NCBI GenBank assembly: GCA_050331235.1
Contig: JBHJHA010000030.1
Location: 1 to 35,168 of the forward strand
DNA from: Leptolyngbyaceae cyanobacterium
GTDB lineage: Bacteria > Cyanobacteriota > Cyanobacteriia > Phormidesmidales > Phormidesmidaceae
Direction: 5' to 3'
DNA length: 35,168 bases
Positions within the stretch are counted from its first letter, which is position 1. Each line of letters opens with the position of its first letter. Of this stretch, positions 10,100 to 18,774 are shown piece by piece. Position numbers and translations under genes: made by a program. The notes under the pieces are model-generated. The model saw only the letters and a list, made by a program, of their open reading frames with translations. It was not told the DNA's origin and made no database searches.

Positions 10100-11194
10100 A
10101 TGTCTGCATCTGAGAAATACCGGATATTGATGATTTCCACCGCCGTAGCTCCTTTGGGATCGGGGCTAGGGGGCGGCGTTGAGCTGTTTGTCAAAAACGC
10201 TGTGCAGGGGCTGAAGCAGCGGGGGCATGAGTTGACTGTGGTGGCTCCCCAGGATTCTGTCTTACCAAGCGACGATCGCCTAGTGCCAATGACGGGCAAC
10301 TTACAGTTCACCGCTCATACGAGTCAACGGAATAGCCCGGTGTCGCAGCCGGAACCGTCGGCATTGGCCAACATGATGCGCTATGCCTATGAAGTGCAGA
10401 CCGATTACGACATCATTTTGCATTTTTGCTATGACTGGCTGCCGTTTTATCTAACGCCATTCTTTACTACTCCCATCGCTCACTATGTATCAATGGGCTC
10501 TCTGACTGACGCGATAGATCACGCGATCGCGACCGTGGCTAAAGATTTTCCGGGCACGGTGGGCGTCTGTACTCAAACCCAGGCGGCTACGCTGCCCCAG
10601 CCAGCCAGTTACCGCTCCATTGGCAGTGCTGTTGACTTGAGTCTGTATGATTACTGCCCCACGCCAAAGCCGGAACTGGGGTGGATGGGACGCATTTCAC
10701 CGGAGAAGGGACTCGAAGATGCGATCGCCGCCGCCCAAACCGCTCAAATACCGCTCAAAATTTTAGGGAAGTTAGAAGACTCGGCCTATTGGCAGCAATT
10801 GCAGGCAGCCTATCCCAATGCTCCCATCGACTATTTGGGGTTCCTCGATACGCAGGGATTACAAACGGCTATTCGGACCTGTCGCGCATTGCTAGTGACC
10901 CCCAAGTGGGTCGAGGCCTTTGGCAATGTTGTCATTGAGGCGCTGGCCTGTGGGGTACCGGTGATTGCCTATGAGCGGGGTGGCCCAGCGGAAATTGTGC
11001 GGCCAGGGAAAACCGGCTGGCTGGTAGAACCCGATAGCGTCACTGGGCTAGTCGCGGCGATCGCCAGAATTGATGCCCTTGATCGGTATGCCTGTCGCCA
11101 GCAGGCTGAGGCGGAGTATGCCATCGAAGCCTTGGCCCAGCGCTACGAACAGTGGTTTGCCGATATCCTGGCAAGCCAGGGTAAGCGGTGTTAA
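10100..11194 (+). CDS. Glycosyltransferase family 4
   Basis: PLGSGLGGGVE, GRISPEKGLE and EAFGNVVIEALACGVPVIAY..GGPAE motifs. Confidence 0.92.
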   Translation: MSASEKYRILMISTAVAPLGSGLGGGVELFVKNAVQGLKQRGHELTVVAPQDSVLPSDDRLVPMTGNLQFTAHTSQRNSPVSQPEPSALANMMRYAYEVQTDYDIILHFCYDWLPFYLTPFFTTPIAHYVSMGSLTDAIDHAIATVAKDFPGTVGVCTQTQAATLPQPASYRSIGSAVDLSLYDYCPTPKPELGWMGRISPEKGLEDAIAAAQTAQIPLKILGKLEDSAYWQQLQAAYPNAPIDYLGFLDTQGLQTAIRTCRALLVTPKWVEAFGNVVIEALACGVPVIAYERGGPAEIVRPGKTGWLVEPDSVTGLVAAIARIDALDRYACRQQAEAEYAIEALAQRYEQWFADILASQGKRC

Positions 11195-11195
11195 C

Positions 11196-12233
11196 TCAAG
11201 CAAGCCCTTGCCAAGCATCGACAATCTGGTTTCCAGATATCGTCATCTTGGCAAACGCCCGGTTGATCGTGACTTCATCCATCGTGTCGTAGGCCTGTCG
11301 ACTAATTGTTTTGAGTGCGCCGCACATGCCCAAGGCCGCCAGGGAATCTCCCGGAAACTCGGACACAATTTCATGGTCGATATTGCGGGGCACAATCACG
11401 ACGCGGCTGCCCACTAGGGCAAGGTTGAAGGGAATATCGTGGATTTGTAGCCAGTCGATAGCGGCAAACATCTCGTCCACAGGTGTTTGTAAAGAATACG
11501 CGATCGCTGGTATGGCATAGTCCTTCAGCAAGGGGACTCCTTGATAGTCCACCGCTGGAGCGCTCTCAATCGGCAATGGCTGCCGCTGATAAACCGCCTG
11601 AAAGTGAATGTGATTGACTGAGGCCCCAGCATGTAAGGCATTGAAGAACACAATCGTGTCGCTCAACTCACCCAGTAGCGCTACCATATCGGCGAAAAAC
11701 GCTACCGACAGCCGCTGGGGCCAATGGGGCAGCCTTACCCCATTGGCAGATTTTTCCGTTGGAATCCAGAGAAAATGGCCGGCTTTTTCGAGGGGGGCGG
11801 CGTTGTAGTAAGCGTGCCAAACAAAATTGGGTAGCGCCACCTGTAGCAATGGCTCACGATCGCACAGGCTCAAAGGATGATCGGGATTCATACAGTGAAA
11901 GCGGCAGTGATCCGGTGCCGCTGAAATATCGGGCTGACGTCCCAAAGGGCGGTTGCTACCCCCTGGTCGTAATGCTCGATACCCGTTGAGCTGACAAAAG
12001 TAAGGTCCCACCGACTTTTCCACTACCTCTCCGGGGACTTCGCTGTCTTGGGTAAGATTGCGGGCGTAGTATTCGGGCTGCCCGGTCTGGAGCCGAATGC
12101 CGTAGAGAATACGATCGCCTTGATGCCAGCGTCCAGCAGGGTCTGCGGCACCGGCGGTAAACTCGGACAAAATCTTGTTATCCGCGATCGCGGCTTGCCA
12201 GGCTTGATAAAGACGAGTCGCTAGGGGCGTCAT
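11196..12233 (-). CDS. HIT/GalT-type nucleotide-sugar phosphorylase, VTC2/GDPGP1-like (DUF4922-like)
   Basis: FFNALHAGASVNHIHFQAVY contains HxHxQ; also QLNGYR, PLEKAGHFLWIP, PQRL, LPIESAP and IPFNL blocks. Confidence 0.72.
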   Translation of the reverse strand: MTPLATRLYQAWQAAIADNKILSEFTAGAADPAGRWHQGDRILYGIRLQTGQPEYYARNLTQDSEVPGEVVEKSVGPYFCQLNGYRALRPGGSNRPLGRQPDISAAPDHCRFHCMNPDHPLSLCDREPLLQVALPNFVWHAYYNAAPLEKAGHFLWIPTEKSANGVRLPHWPQRLSVAFFADMVALLGELSDTIVFFNALHAGASVNHIHFQAVYQRQPLPIESAPAVDYQGVPLLKDYAIPAIAYSLQTPVDEMFAAIDWLQIHDIPFNLALVGSRVVIVPRNIDHEIVSEFPGDSLAALGMCGALKTISRQAYDTMDEVTINRAFAKMTISGNQIVDAWQGLA

Positions 12234-12407
12234 AAACGGGTGGGAAATCACAAACGCATCGAGATTAGCCTATTACGATTTCCTGCCAATCAAACTATTC
12301 GCGTTTGCGGGAGGGAGGCGAAGTGCTAACGGATGGACTAGCATTGAGAGACTGATCAGAATTTTGTGTAAGCGGTCTAGAATCCCGATAACCCAGGAGA
12401 CCGCATC

Positions 12408-13658
12408 ATGCCTCAGAAAAAGCAAGAGCTGAATCGTGCCGATGAACTGCTGGATGAGATGCTCTCAGACGGCCAGAGTCCAGAAGAGATTCTGGGCGAA
12501 TCTGGCTTACTGAAACAGCTCACCAAGCGTCTGGTGGAGCGTGCTTTAGCCGGAGAACTCAACCATCATCTCAACGATACCGACGGCACTGACAGCCGGA
12601 ATAGTCGCAACGGCCACTCATCAAAGACCGTCCAGTCGGAGCAGGGAGAGTTGGAGTTAGCCATTCCCCGTGATTCTCCGAAGGAGAGGCTTCGCCAACG
12701 TCAAGGCACCTTTGAGCCCGTGTTGGTTCCCAAGCACCAACGACGACTGAGCGGTTTGGACGAGAAGATTCTGGCGCTGTACGCACGGGGGATGAGCACC
12801 CGTGATATCGCGCTGCAGCTTGAAGAACTCTACGGCGCACATATCTCACCCGCCATCATCAGCGAGGTGACTGACACCGTCAGTGAGGACGTCAAAGCGT
12901 GGCAGTGCCGTCCTTTGGAAGAACTCTATCCCATCACCTATCTGGATGCCCTCTACGTCAATATCGAAGTCGCCGGACGGGTGAGCAAACGCGCGGTCTA
13001 TGTGGTGCTGGGCATCAACCGTGAGGGCAACAAAGATCTGCTCGGTCTCTGGATTGGCGAGGTCGAGACCGAAGGGGCTAAATTCTGGCTCAAAGTCCTC
13101 ACAGACCTCAAAAATCGGGGTCTGAAAGATATCCTGATTGCTTGTTGTGATGGTCTCAAAGGCTTTCCCCAGGCCATTGAGGCGGTTTATCCCCAGACTC
13201 AAGTGCAGCTTTGCATCGTGCATCTAATCCGCAATTCCCTGCGCTATATCCCTTGGAAAGACAGCAAGGCCGTGACCGCTGACCTGAAGCCCATCTATCG
13301 AGCCGCCACCTTGGAAGAAGCCGAAACCGCGTTAGAGGAGTTTGCCGCCCAGTGGGATGAGCACTATCCTGCGGTGAGCCAAATTTGGCTCCGTCACTGG
13401 GAAAACATCATCCCGATCTTCGACTATCCGATGGAAATCCGCCGCGTCATCTACACCACCAACGCGATTGAGTCCGTCAACCGTTCCTTGCGCAAGGTGA
13501 TTAAAACTAAGGCCGTGTTCCCCGATGAGGATTCAGTTTTCAAGCTAATGTATCTGGCGATGAACAACATCTCAAAACGGTGGAATCGACCCATTAAAAA
13601 TTGGCGGGCTGCTCTGTCACACTTTGCTATTCTGTTCCCAGAACGCTTCAAACTTTGA
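12408..13658 (+). CDS. IS256 family DDE transposase carrying an 8-aa in-frame insertion
   Basis: RNSRNGH, LYARGMSTRDI, YLDAL, CCDGLKGF, QLCIVHLIRNS and IYTTNAIESVN motifs. Confidence 0.95.
   Translation: MPQKKQELNRADELLDEMLSDGQSPEEILGESGLLKQLTKRLVERALAGELNHHLNDTDGTDSRNSRNGHSSKTVQSEQGELELAIPRDSPKERLRQRQGTFEPVLVPKHQRRLSGLDEKILALYARGMSTRDIALQLEELYGAHISPAIISEVTDTVSEDVKAWQCRPLEELYPITYLDALYVNIEVAGRVSKRAVYVVLGINREGNKDLLGLWIGEVETEGAKFWLKVLTDLKNRGLKDILIACCDGLKGFPQAIEAVYPQTQVQLCIVHLIRNSLRYIPWKDSKAVTADLKPIYRAATLEEAETALEEFAAQWDEHYPAVSQIWLRHWENIIPIFDYPMEIRRVIYTTNAIESVNRSLRKVIKTKAVFPDEDSVFKLMYLAMNNISKRWNRPIKNWRAALSHFAILFPERFKL
12675..12698. repeat. 24-bp short dispersed repeat (SDR)-like insertion TCTCCGAAGGAGAGGCTTCGCCAA
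   Basis: Two mini-hairpins (TCTCC-GAA-GGAGA and GGC-TTC-GCC); removing it restores the IS256-type IPRDRQGTFEP. Confidence 0.72.
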
Positions 13659-13709
13659 ACTAAACTCTGCTTACACAAAAATCAGAACACTCTCGCATTG
13701 AACGGGGAA

Positions 13710-13737
13710 CAGCCACCCCGATTGCTCAAGGTGGCTG
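13710..13737 (-). terminator. Hairpin, probable terminator of the 13762-14316 gene
   Basis: Perfect 8-bp stem CAGCCACC/GGTGGCTG about 25 bp after the stop codon; only a weak U tract. Confidence 0.5.
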
Positions 13738-13761
13738 AAAGCGGCAATTACAATTCTAGAT

Positions 13762-14316
13762 CTAGCTGACTGCGCTACCGACAGCACCTTTTACAGCGGC
13801 GATCGCTTGCTCAAGGCTGCCAACCAACCCCATATCTGGCTCGGTACCGGCCATTTCCCGAGTCCCGACAAAATAGAGAATGCCTTTCAAGACTTCTTGA
13901 TGGGCTCGATTTTCGAAATTGACTTTATTCAGCGGCTCGACTGCATCCTGGAGCTGGTCACTCAAGCTTTGTGCCACTTTATGAATGACTAATCCAGCCA
14001 TGGCTTGCTGATGCTTGAGTAGCTCCAGCTCAAAAAATTTGTCATACAGGCTCAATTCAGACCCGTCCATCATTTGACCAATTTTCTCCGCGTACTGCTT
14101 GGTCAGTTCACGGGAGTCTGTGGTTGTGCCAAGTTTTGACAAGATGTTTTCGATGGTTGCTAGGTTGTCGCGATCGCTCTTGACCATGCCTTCTAAGCGC
14201 TCACGAATCGTACCGTCGTTCGTCGCGACCATGAGCTTTTCTTCGCTCTCTAGCACCAACTTTTGAAACAGCTTCATATCCGCTAGCTTAGTTTCCAAGG
14301 TTGTCATGTCAGCCAT
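13762..14316 (-). CDS. Helical protein resembling the N-terminal domain of cyanobacterial hemerythrin/'DNA nickase' proteins
   Basis: KLADMK, MMDGSELSLYDKFFELELLKHQQAMAGLVIHK and PLNKVNFENRAHQE..KG blocks; stops before any hemerythrin (HHE) domain. Confidence 0.7.
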   Translation of the reverse strand: MADMTTLETKLADMKLFQKLVLESEEKLMVATNDGTIRERLEGMVKSDRDNLATIENILSKLGTTTDSRELTKQYAEKIGQMMDGSELSLYDKFFELELLKHQQAMAGLVIHKVAQSLSDQLQDAVEPLNKVNFENRAHQEVLKGILYFVGTREMAGTEPDMGLVGSLEQAIAAVKGAVGSAVS

Positions 14317-14604
14317 TGTGGATTGCTCCCAGTTACAGTTTTGATGCCGTGAACGAATCGCTGAGCGATCGCTCACCTCTTTAATGGTTTCGTGCACTCC
14401 GGCAAGTCCCCACTTTCTTTCGAGGGATTCCAGCCGTTCAAATCTGTATCAATGTACTTAGATTGCCGAAATCGATTGCCGAAATCAATTCCTGGCCGAC
14501 TGGTTAGCTTAGCCGGCGTAGGCACAACGCTGCCCCTGCGCTAGAGACATGACTGGTACCCGTACCGTACAGATGAGGTCACTGCTAGTCGCATAGGCCG
14601 ACTC

Positions 14605-15090
14605 CTAGCGCAGTTCCACCATGCGAGCGTCGGCATCGGGATAGTAGACCGCTAAGCCGTAATCATCGACATCGGCGACCAGCCAAGGATGTGTCAAAAA
14701 AGTTTTGAGCTGATAACTTTGCCCCGGCAAAAGCCGCTGATAAAATTTCCGCTCTCCCACATAATCTAGCCAGTACAGCTTGCGAATTTCAGCGGTGCAA
14801 TTGATAAAGGTAATGAGCGTGGGCTGGTCGCTATACATTGACCTTGCCCCGGTCTTACCTTCCACTGGGTGTCTTTGGGAAGTTCGCTGGCGGCTAGGTC
14901 TGTTGGACTTATGGGCACTCGCAGTGACTTGGGCGATCGCCGTTTCCACGCAGTCCGCCGGAATTTTGGCAGCGGCGGCGGCGGCCACTAAATCATTAGC
15001 AGACATGGCTGCTGCCTGCTCCCTCTCAACAGACAGTCGTGCGGCAATTGCCAGCACAGTCTCAATCTGATCGTTAGGAATTTGAGTCAT
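14605..15090 (-). CDS. VHL beta-domain-containing protein with helical N-terminus
   Basis: ITFINCT...LYWLDYVGERKFYQRLLPGQSYQLKTFLTHPWLV matches the VHL beta-sandwich pattern. Confidence 0.75.
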   Translation of the reverse strand: MTQIPNDQIETVLAIAARLSVEREQAAAMSANDLVAAAAAAKIPADCVETAIAQVTASAHKSNRPSRQRTSQRHPVEGKTGARSMYSDQPTLITFINCTAEIRKLYWLDYVGERKFYQRLLPGQSYQLKTFLTHPWLVADVDDYGLAVYYPDADARMVELR

Positions 15091-15400
15091 GTTCTCACAT
15101 ACAGTTTAGCTAGGACGCGACCAATCGTAGATTGCCCCATCCGCGTAGGAAGATGGAGCGCCAGATTAGCCCAGTTGGTAAATGCTTGGGCGCCTTCTTA
15201 CCAGAGCTATGAGGTTCAGCGGTCTTTTTGGGTGGCAAGATTAAATACAGTAACGAAGGGAAAAATCCCGAACAGAGTGCGATCCATGTACTTTGCGCGA
15301 TCCCAGCTCTGTAGCGCGATAGGAAGTCCCACCATTCGCTGCAACATTTGTCAGGATAGATCTGTGCCTGCCGTTCTCTTTGCCTGCCCAGGTCCATCCG

Positions 15401-16444
15401 ATGCCCAGATCAGCCCACACCCGCCGCCACTTTCTTTATGTTGGAGCCGCAGCGGCAACTAGCATCTTGAGTGCCGCATGTCGACGTCAGCTCGACAGTG
15501 CCTCCCCATCCCCGCCTCTGCCGACTGCCCCCACCTCAGTCGTCGAGGCTCCGGTGGAGGCGAGTGCAGTTTCCCAAGTAGAAGAATCCGCGATCGCTCT
15601 GCCCACACGAGTACTCGGAAGATCACAGTTGACTGTGCCGCTGCTGGGATTGGGCGGGTCGGCGTCGCCCCTTTCGCGGGCAGGGGCTGAGGCTGAGGCG
15701 ATCGCCTTGATTGAACAAGCTTATGCGGGTGGCATTCGTTATTTTGACACCGCTGCTAACTACGGCCCCAGTGAAGAGCGCCTGGGTCAGGTTTTACCCG
15801 CTGTGCGCTCAGAGGTCTTGATCGGTACCAAAACCAGCCGCCGCGATCGCGATAGTGCCTGGCGCGAATTGGAGCGATCGCTCCAGCGACTACAAACCGA
15901 CTACATTGATCTGTGGCAGTTTCATGCCATCACCTATGACTGGGATATCGATACGCTACTGGACGAACAGCAAGGCGCGATTAAAGCCGCCACTGAAGCC
16001 AAAGAACAAGGTATTATCCGCGCCGTAGGCGTCACTGGCCACAACAATCCTGATATTTTTGTCAAAGCGCTGAACCGTTATCCCTTTGATACGGCCCTCA
16101 TTCCCATCAACGCGGCGGATCGCCACACCTCTAAGCCGTTTATTGACCACGTGTTACCCGTTGCCCAGCAGCACAATACTGGCATCATTGGCATGAAGGT
16201 GCCCGCCTATGGCCGCTTGTTAAAACCGGGAATTCTTGCGGGGATGGCTGAGGCACTCGGTTATGCACTGTCCCAGCCTCAGGTTCACTGTTGCATCATC
16301 GCGGCAGACACGCCGGAACAGTTGGCCGAAAATCTAGAGGCTGCCCGCGCGTTTCAACCATTCGCTAACGACCAGTTAGTCGTAATCGAGCAGCGCACGG
16401 CTCAAGTCTGGGAAGAGTCCAGTTTCTTTCGCAATTGGTCTTGA
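15401..16444 (+). CDS. Aldo/keto reductase with twin-arginine signal peptide
   Basis: TRRHFL and LSAAC in the N-terminus; GIRYFDTAANYGPSEERLG, LERSLQRLQTDYIDLWQFH and GIIGMK. Confidence 0.9.
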   Translation: MPRSAHTRRHFLYVGAAAATSILSAACRRQLDSASPSPPLPTAPTSVVEAPVEASAVSQVEESAIALPTRVLGRSQLTVPLLGLGGSASPLSRAGAEAEAIALIEQAYAGGIRYFDTAANYGPSEERLGQVLPAVRSEVLIGTKTSRRDRDSAWRELERSLQRLQTDYIDLWQFHAITYDWDIDTLLDEQQGAIKAATEAKEQGIIRAVGVTGHNNPDIFVKALNRYPFDTALIPINAADRHTSKPFIDHVLPVAQQHNTGIIGMKVPAYGRLLKPGILAGMAEALGYALSQPQVHCCIIAADTPEQLAENLEAARAFQPFANDQLVVIEQRTAQVWEESSFFRNWS

Positions 16445-16603
16445 GCTGTCGCCGCGATCTACTCCTCAATGTAGTTCCTGGCTTGAATGACCGGTGCTTG
16501 AATTCGCGGCGACAGCTCAATTGTTTTGCGATGAAAATAGTGGGCAAAAAGGGGCGAGGACCTGCAGCAGGCAATCAATCCGAAAATGTGCCGGAATCCC
16601 GTC

Positions 16604-16655
16604 GTCAAGTACTACTTGACGATCAGTTTACCCGATCTGTAAAGTGCTACTTGAC
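16604..16655 (+). promoter_or_regulatory. Two palindromic operators overlapping a sigma70-like promoter
   Basis: GTCAAGT-ACT-ACTTGAC (16604-16620, perfect) and GTAAAGT-GCT-ACTTGAC (16639-16655); -35 TTGACG at 16616 and -10-like TAAAGT at 16640, 18-bp spacer. Confidence 0.7.
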
Positions 16656-16672
16656 ATTGGCTGGGCAAGGCG

Positions 16673-17338
16673 ATGAAAAATCGTTTGAAAGAGTGTCGGA
16701 AAGTGCGCCAGTGGTCGCAGGCTGATTTAGCTCGGGCTTTAGGGGTGAGTCGTCAGGCTGTGAATGGTTTTGAGTCTGGCAAGTTTGACCCCAGCTTGGA
16801 AATGGCTTTCAAGCTTTCTCATCTGCTTGATGTGGCGATCGAAGACCTATTTATTTACGAGGCGAAGAATACGATGCAAACGGTTCTTGAACGAGTGAAA
16901 AAGTTTTTGGGCTTGGAATTTGGCTTTGAGCGATTCACCGAGCAAGCGATTCAGGCGATAAACTACGCTCGGCATGAGGCCGCTCGTACTCAAAGTGAGC
17001 AGGTTGAGCCTGGCCATTTGCTTACAGGTCTTCTTGCTGAACCCACAACGAGCTCGGCTCAGCTAATGCGCGATAGCGGCGCAACGCTGGAGATTGCCGT
17101 TCCCTCTGCGGCGTTTGAGTCCTCAAAAGAAATCAGGTTTTCATCTCAAACTAAGTTTGTTTTAGAGATGGCGTTGCAGGTTGTGCGCCTGCGGCGTCAG
17201 CAGCACATCGATACTGAACATCTCCTGTGGGGGCTGATGAGCCTGCTCGAGACAAACCAAACAACCCTGAAGGAACAATTTCAAAGCTACGCGATAGATG
17301 CCGACATCTTGCGCCAGCGACTGACCCAGGTAATATAA
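16673..17338 (+). CDS. XRE-family HTH regulator fused to a Clp N-terminal domain
   Basis: MKNRLKECR...WSQADLARALGVSRQAVNGFESGKFDPSLEMAFKL (HTH); FERFTEQAIQAI...A..EA, VEPGHLLTGL and IDTEHLLWGL (two Clp-N repeats). Confidence 0.9.
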   Translation: MKNRLKECRKVRQWSQADLARALGVSRQAVNGFESGKFDPSLEMAFKLSHLLDVAIEDLFIYEAKNTMQTVLERVKKFLGLEFGFERFTEQAIQAINYARHEAARTQSEQVEPGHLLTGLLAEPTTSSAQLMRDSGATLEIAVPSAAFESSKEIRFSSQTKFVLEMALQVVRLRRQQHIDTEHLLWGLMSLLETNQTTLKEQFQSYAIDADILRQRLTQVI

Positions 17339-17562
17339 GCGTGACCTTCGAATCTGCTGCCAATTAGCGCAATTCAAGGCTAGCTCTGGGAGGCCAAAGA
17401 ACTATCCGGGAAAGTCGCTGTCCCGTCCCCGATTGGCATCGCGCTGGTTATTCCTACCGCTGTAGAGGCTGGCCGCCCATGTCAATGGCGAAAGTCGCGA
17501 TCGCAATATGGCAGCACAAGCCACGAACTGGTGCTCTTTACTGAGAGAGAGGCTTCAAAGAA

Positions 17563-18774
17563 TTAATCATTGTTGTCATCATCAAAGAACCGAATAATTC
17601 CTAGCACCCCAAGCACAGGGTTGATGATGCTACTGGCTGCTGTCCCCACCAAATCGAGTAGGTCGGCGGCTTCAGCAACCCCAGAGCGCGACACAATGAC
17701 GATGTCATTTTCCTGGAGCGGAGGGTTATTGTCAGGATTGATACCCGCTGCTAAATCCACACTAATATTGCGATTTTCGACCGTACCGTTAGGGTTAACG
17801 CGAATCAACGTCACTTCACCAGTTTGTGCACGCGGATCGGTAAAGCCGCCAGCGGCTAAGATTGCCTGATTGAGGGTAGAGTTTGGCTGAATTTCTACCC
17901 GACCTGGCGCATCAATTTCGCCGACGACATCGACGCCAATAAAGTCAGGGGAAAAGCTAGCCGATGCTAGCGTCCGAACTTCTTCGGGAGTGAGCGCAGT
18001 CGCCGTAGGGATAAAAATGCTGTCACCATCTCTCAATAAGGCATTTTGCGATTGGTCCCCTTCGACCAAGAGCTTGTAGAAATTGATGGGAATGATCTGT
18101 GTGGTGCCGTCAGGGTTGGGCCTGATGAGCTCAATGTTGCGAATATCTGCCAGCTGCGTGATGCCGCCTGCCGTTTGAATCGCCTGGGCAACTGTCCGGA
18201 GCTCAGCAACAGACACTTCTGTGGAGTTTGTAACCTCTTGTGATGTGGTGTAAGCACCAGGACGATCCACTTCGCCCGCGATCGCAATTCTGACTGGGCG
18301 CGGCGCGGATAATGACAGCGTCACAATCGGATCAAAAATGAACGCCTCGTATTGACTGGAGACAGCGGCAGCGGCTTCTTCCAAACTGAGACCGGCCACA
18401 TAGACGCTCCCAATCCACGGCAAACTGATCGTCCCGTCGACTAGGACCCGGTAAATGTTGTCAGAAACTAGGCGGTTACCGCTCTCATCATTGGTAAGCT
18501 CTGGCACGTTGAAGACGTCGAAGCGCACGTCATCCCCCGGCCCCAAAATGTAGCGAGGCACATTAGTCGACGGGTTTAGAACGCGACGATCAACCGGAGC
18601 TAGGGGACGATCACGCACATTGCTAGGGGCCTCTAGCGGGGCAAACTCATCGGGATCTGTCACCACAGGCGCCGTCTGGGCAACCGCCGGTCCCATATAA
18701 ACCAGTACCAGTTGACTAATCAAAAGGCTCGAAACTGGCAACCTTAGCCGCGTTAAAACATCATCAAGCGTCAT
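17563..18774 (-). CDS. Polysaccharide export protein (Wza/KpsD-like, SLBB domains)
   Basis: YILGPGDDV, DGTISLPWIG, GEVDRPGAY, AIQTAGGITQLAD, LRDGDSIFIP and LNQAILAAGGF. Confidence 0.9.
   Translation of the reverse strand: MTLDDVLTRLRLPVSSLLISQLVLVYMGPAVAQTAPVVTDPDEFAPLEAPSNVRDRPLAPVDRRVLNPSTNVPRYILGPGDDVRFDVFNVPELTNDESGNRLVSDNIYRVLVDGTISLPWIGSVYVAGLSLEEAAAAVSSQYEAFIFDPIVTLSLSAPRPVRIAIAGEVDRPGAYTTSQEVTNSTEVSVAELRTVAQAIQTAGGITQLADIRNIELIRPNPDGTTQIIPINFYKLLVEGDQSQNALLRDGDSIFIPTATALTPEEVRTLASASFSPDFIGVDVVGEIDAPGRVEIQPNSTLNQAILAAGGFTDPRAQTGEVTLIRVNPNGTVENRNISVDLAAGINPDNNPPLQENDIVIVSRSGVAEAADLLDLVGTAASSIINPVLGVLGIIRFFDDDNND

Larger units (their letters stand above)
12348..13694 (+). mobile_element. 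IS256-family insertion sequence, 1347 bp
   Basis: 26-bp terminal inverted repeats at 12348-12373 and 13669-13694 (22/26 match), flanked by the direct repeat GCATTGA at 12341-12347 and 13695-13701. Confidence 0.93.
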
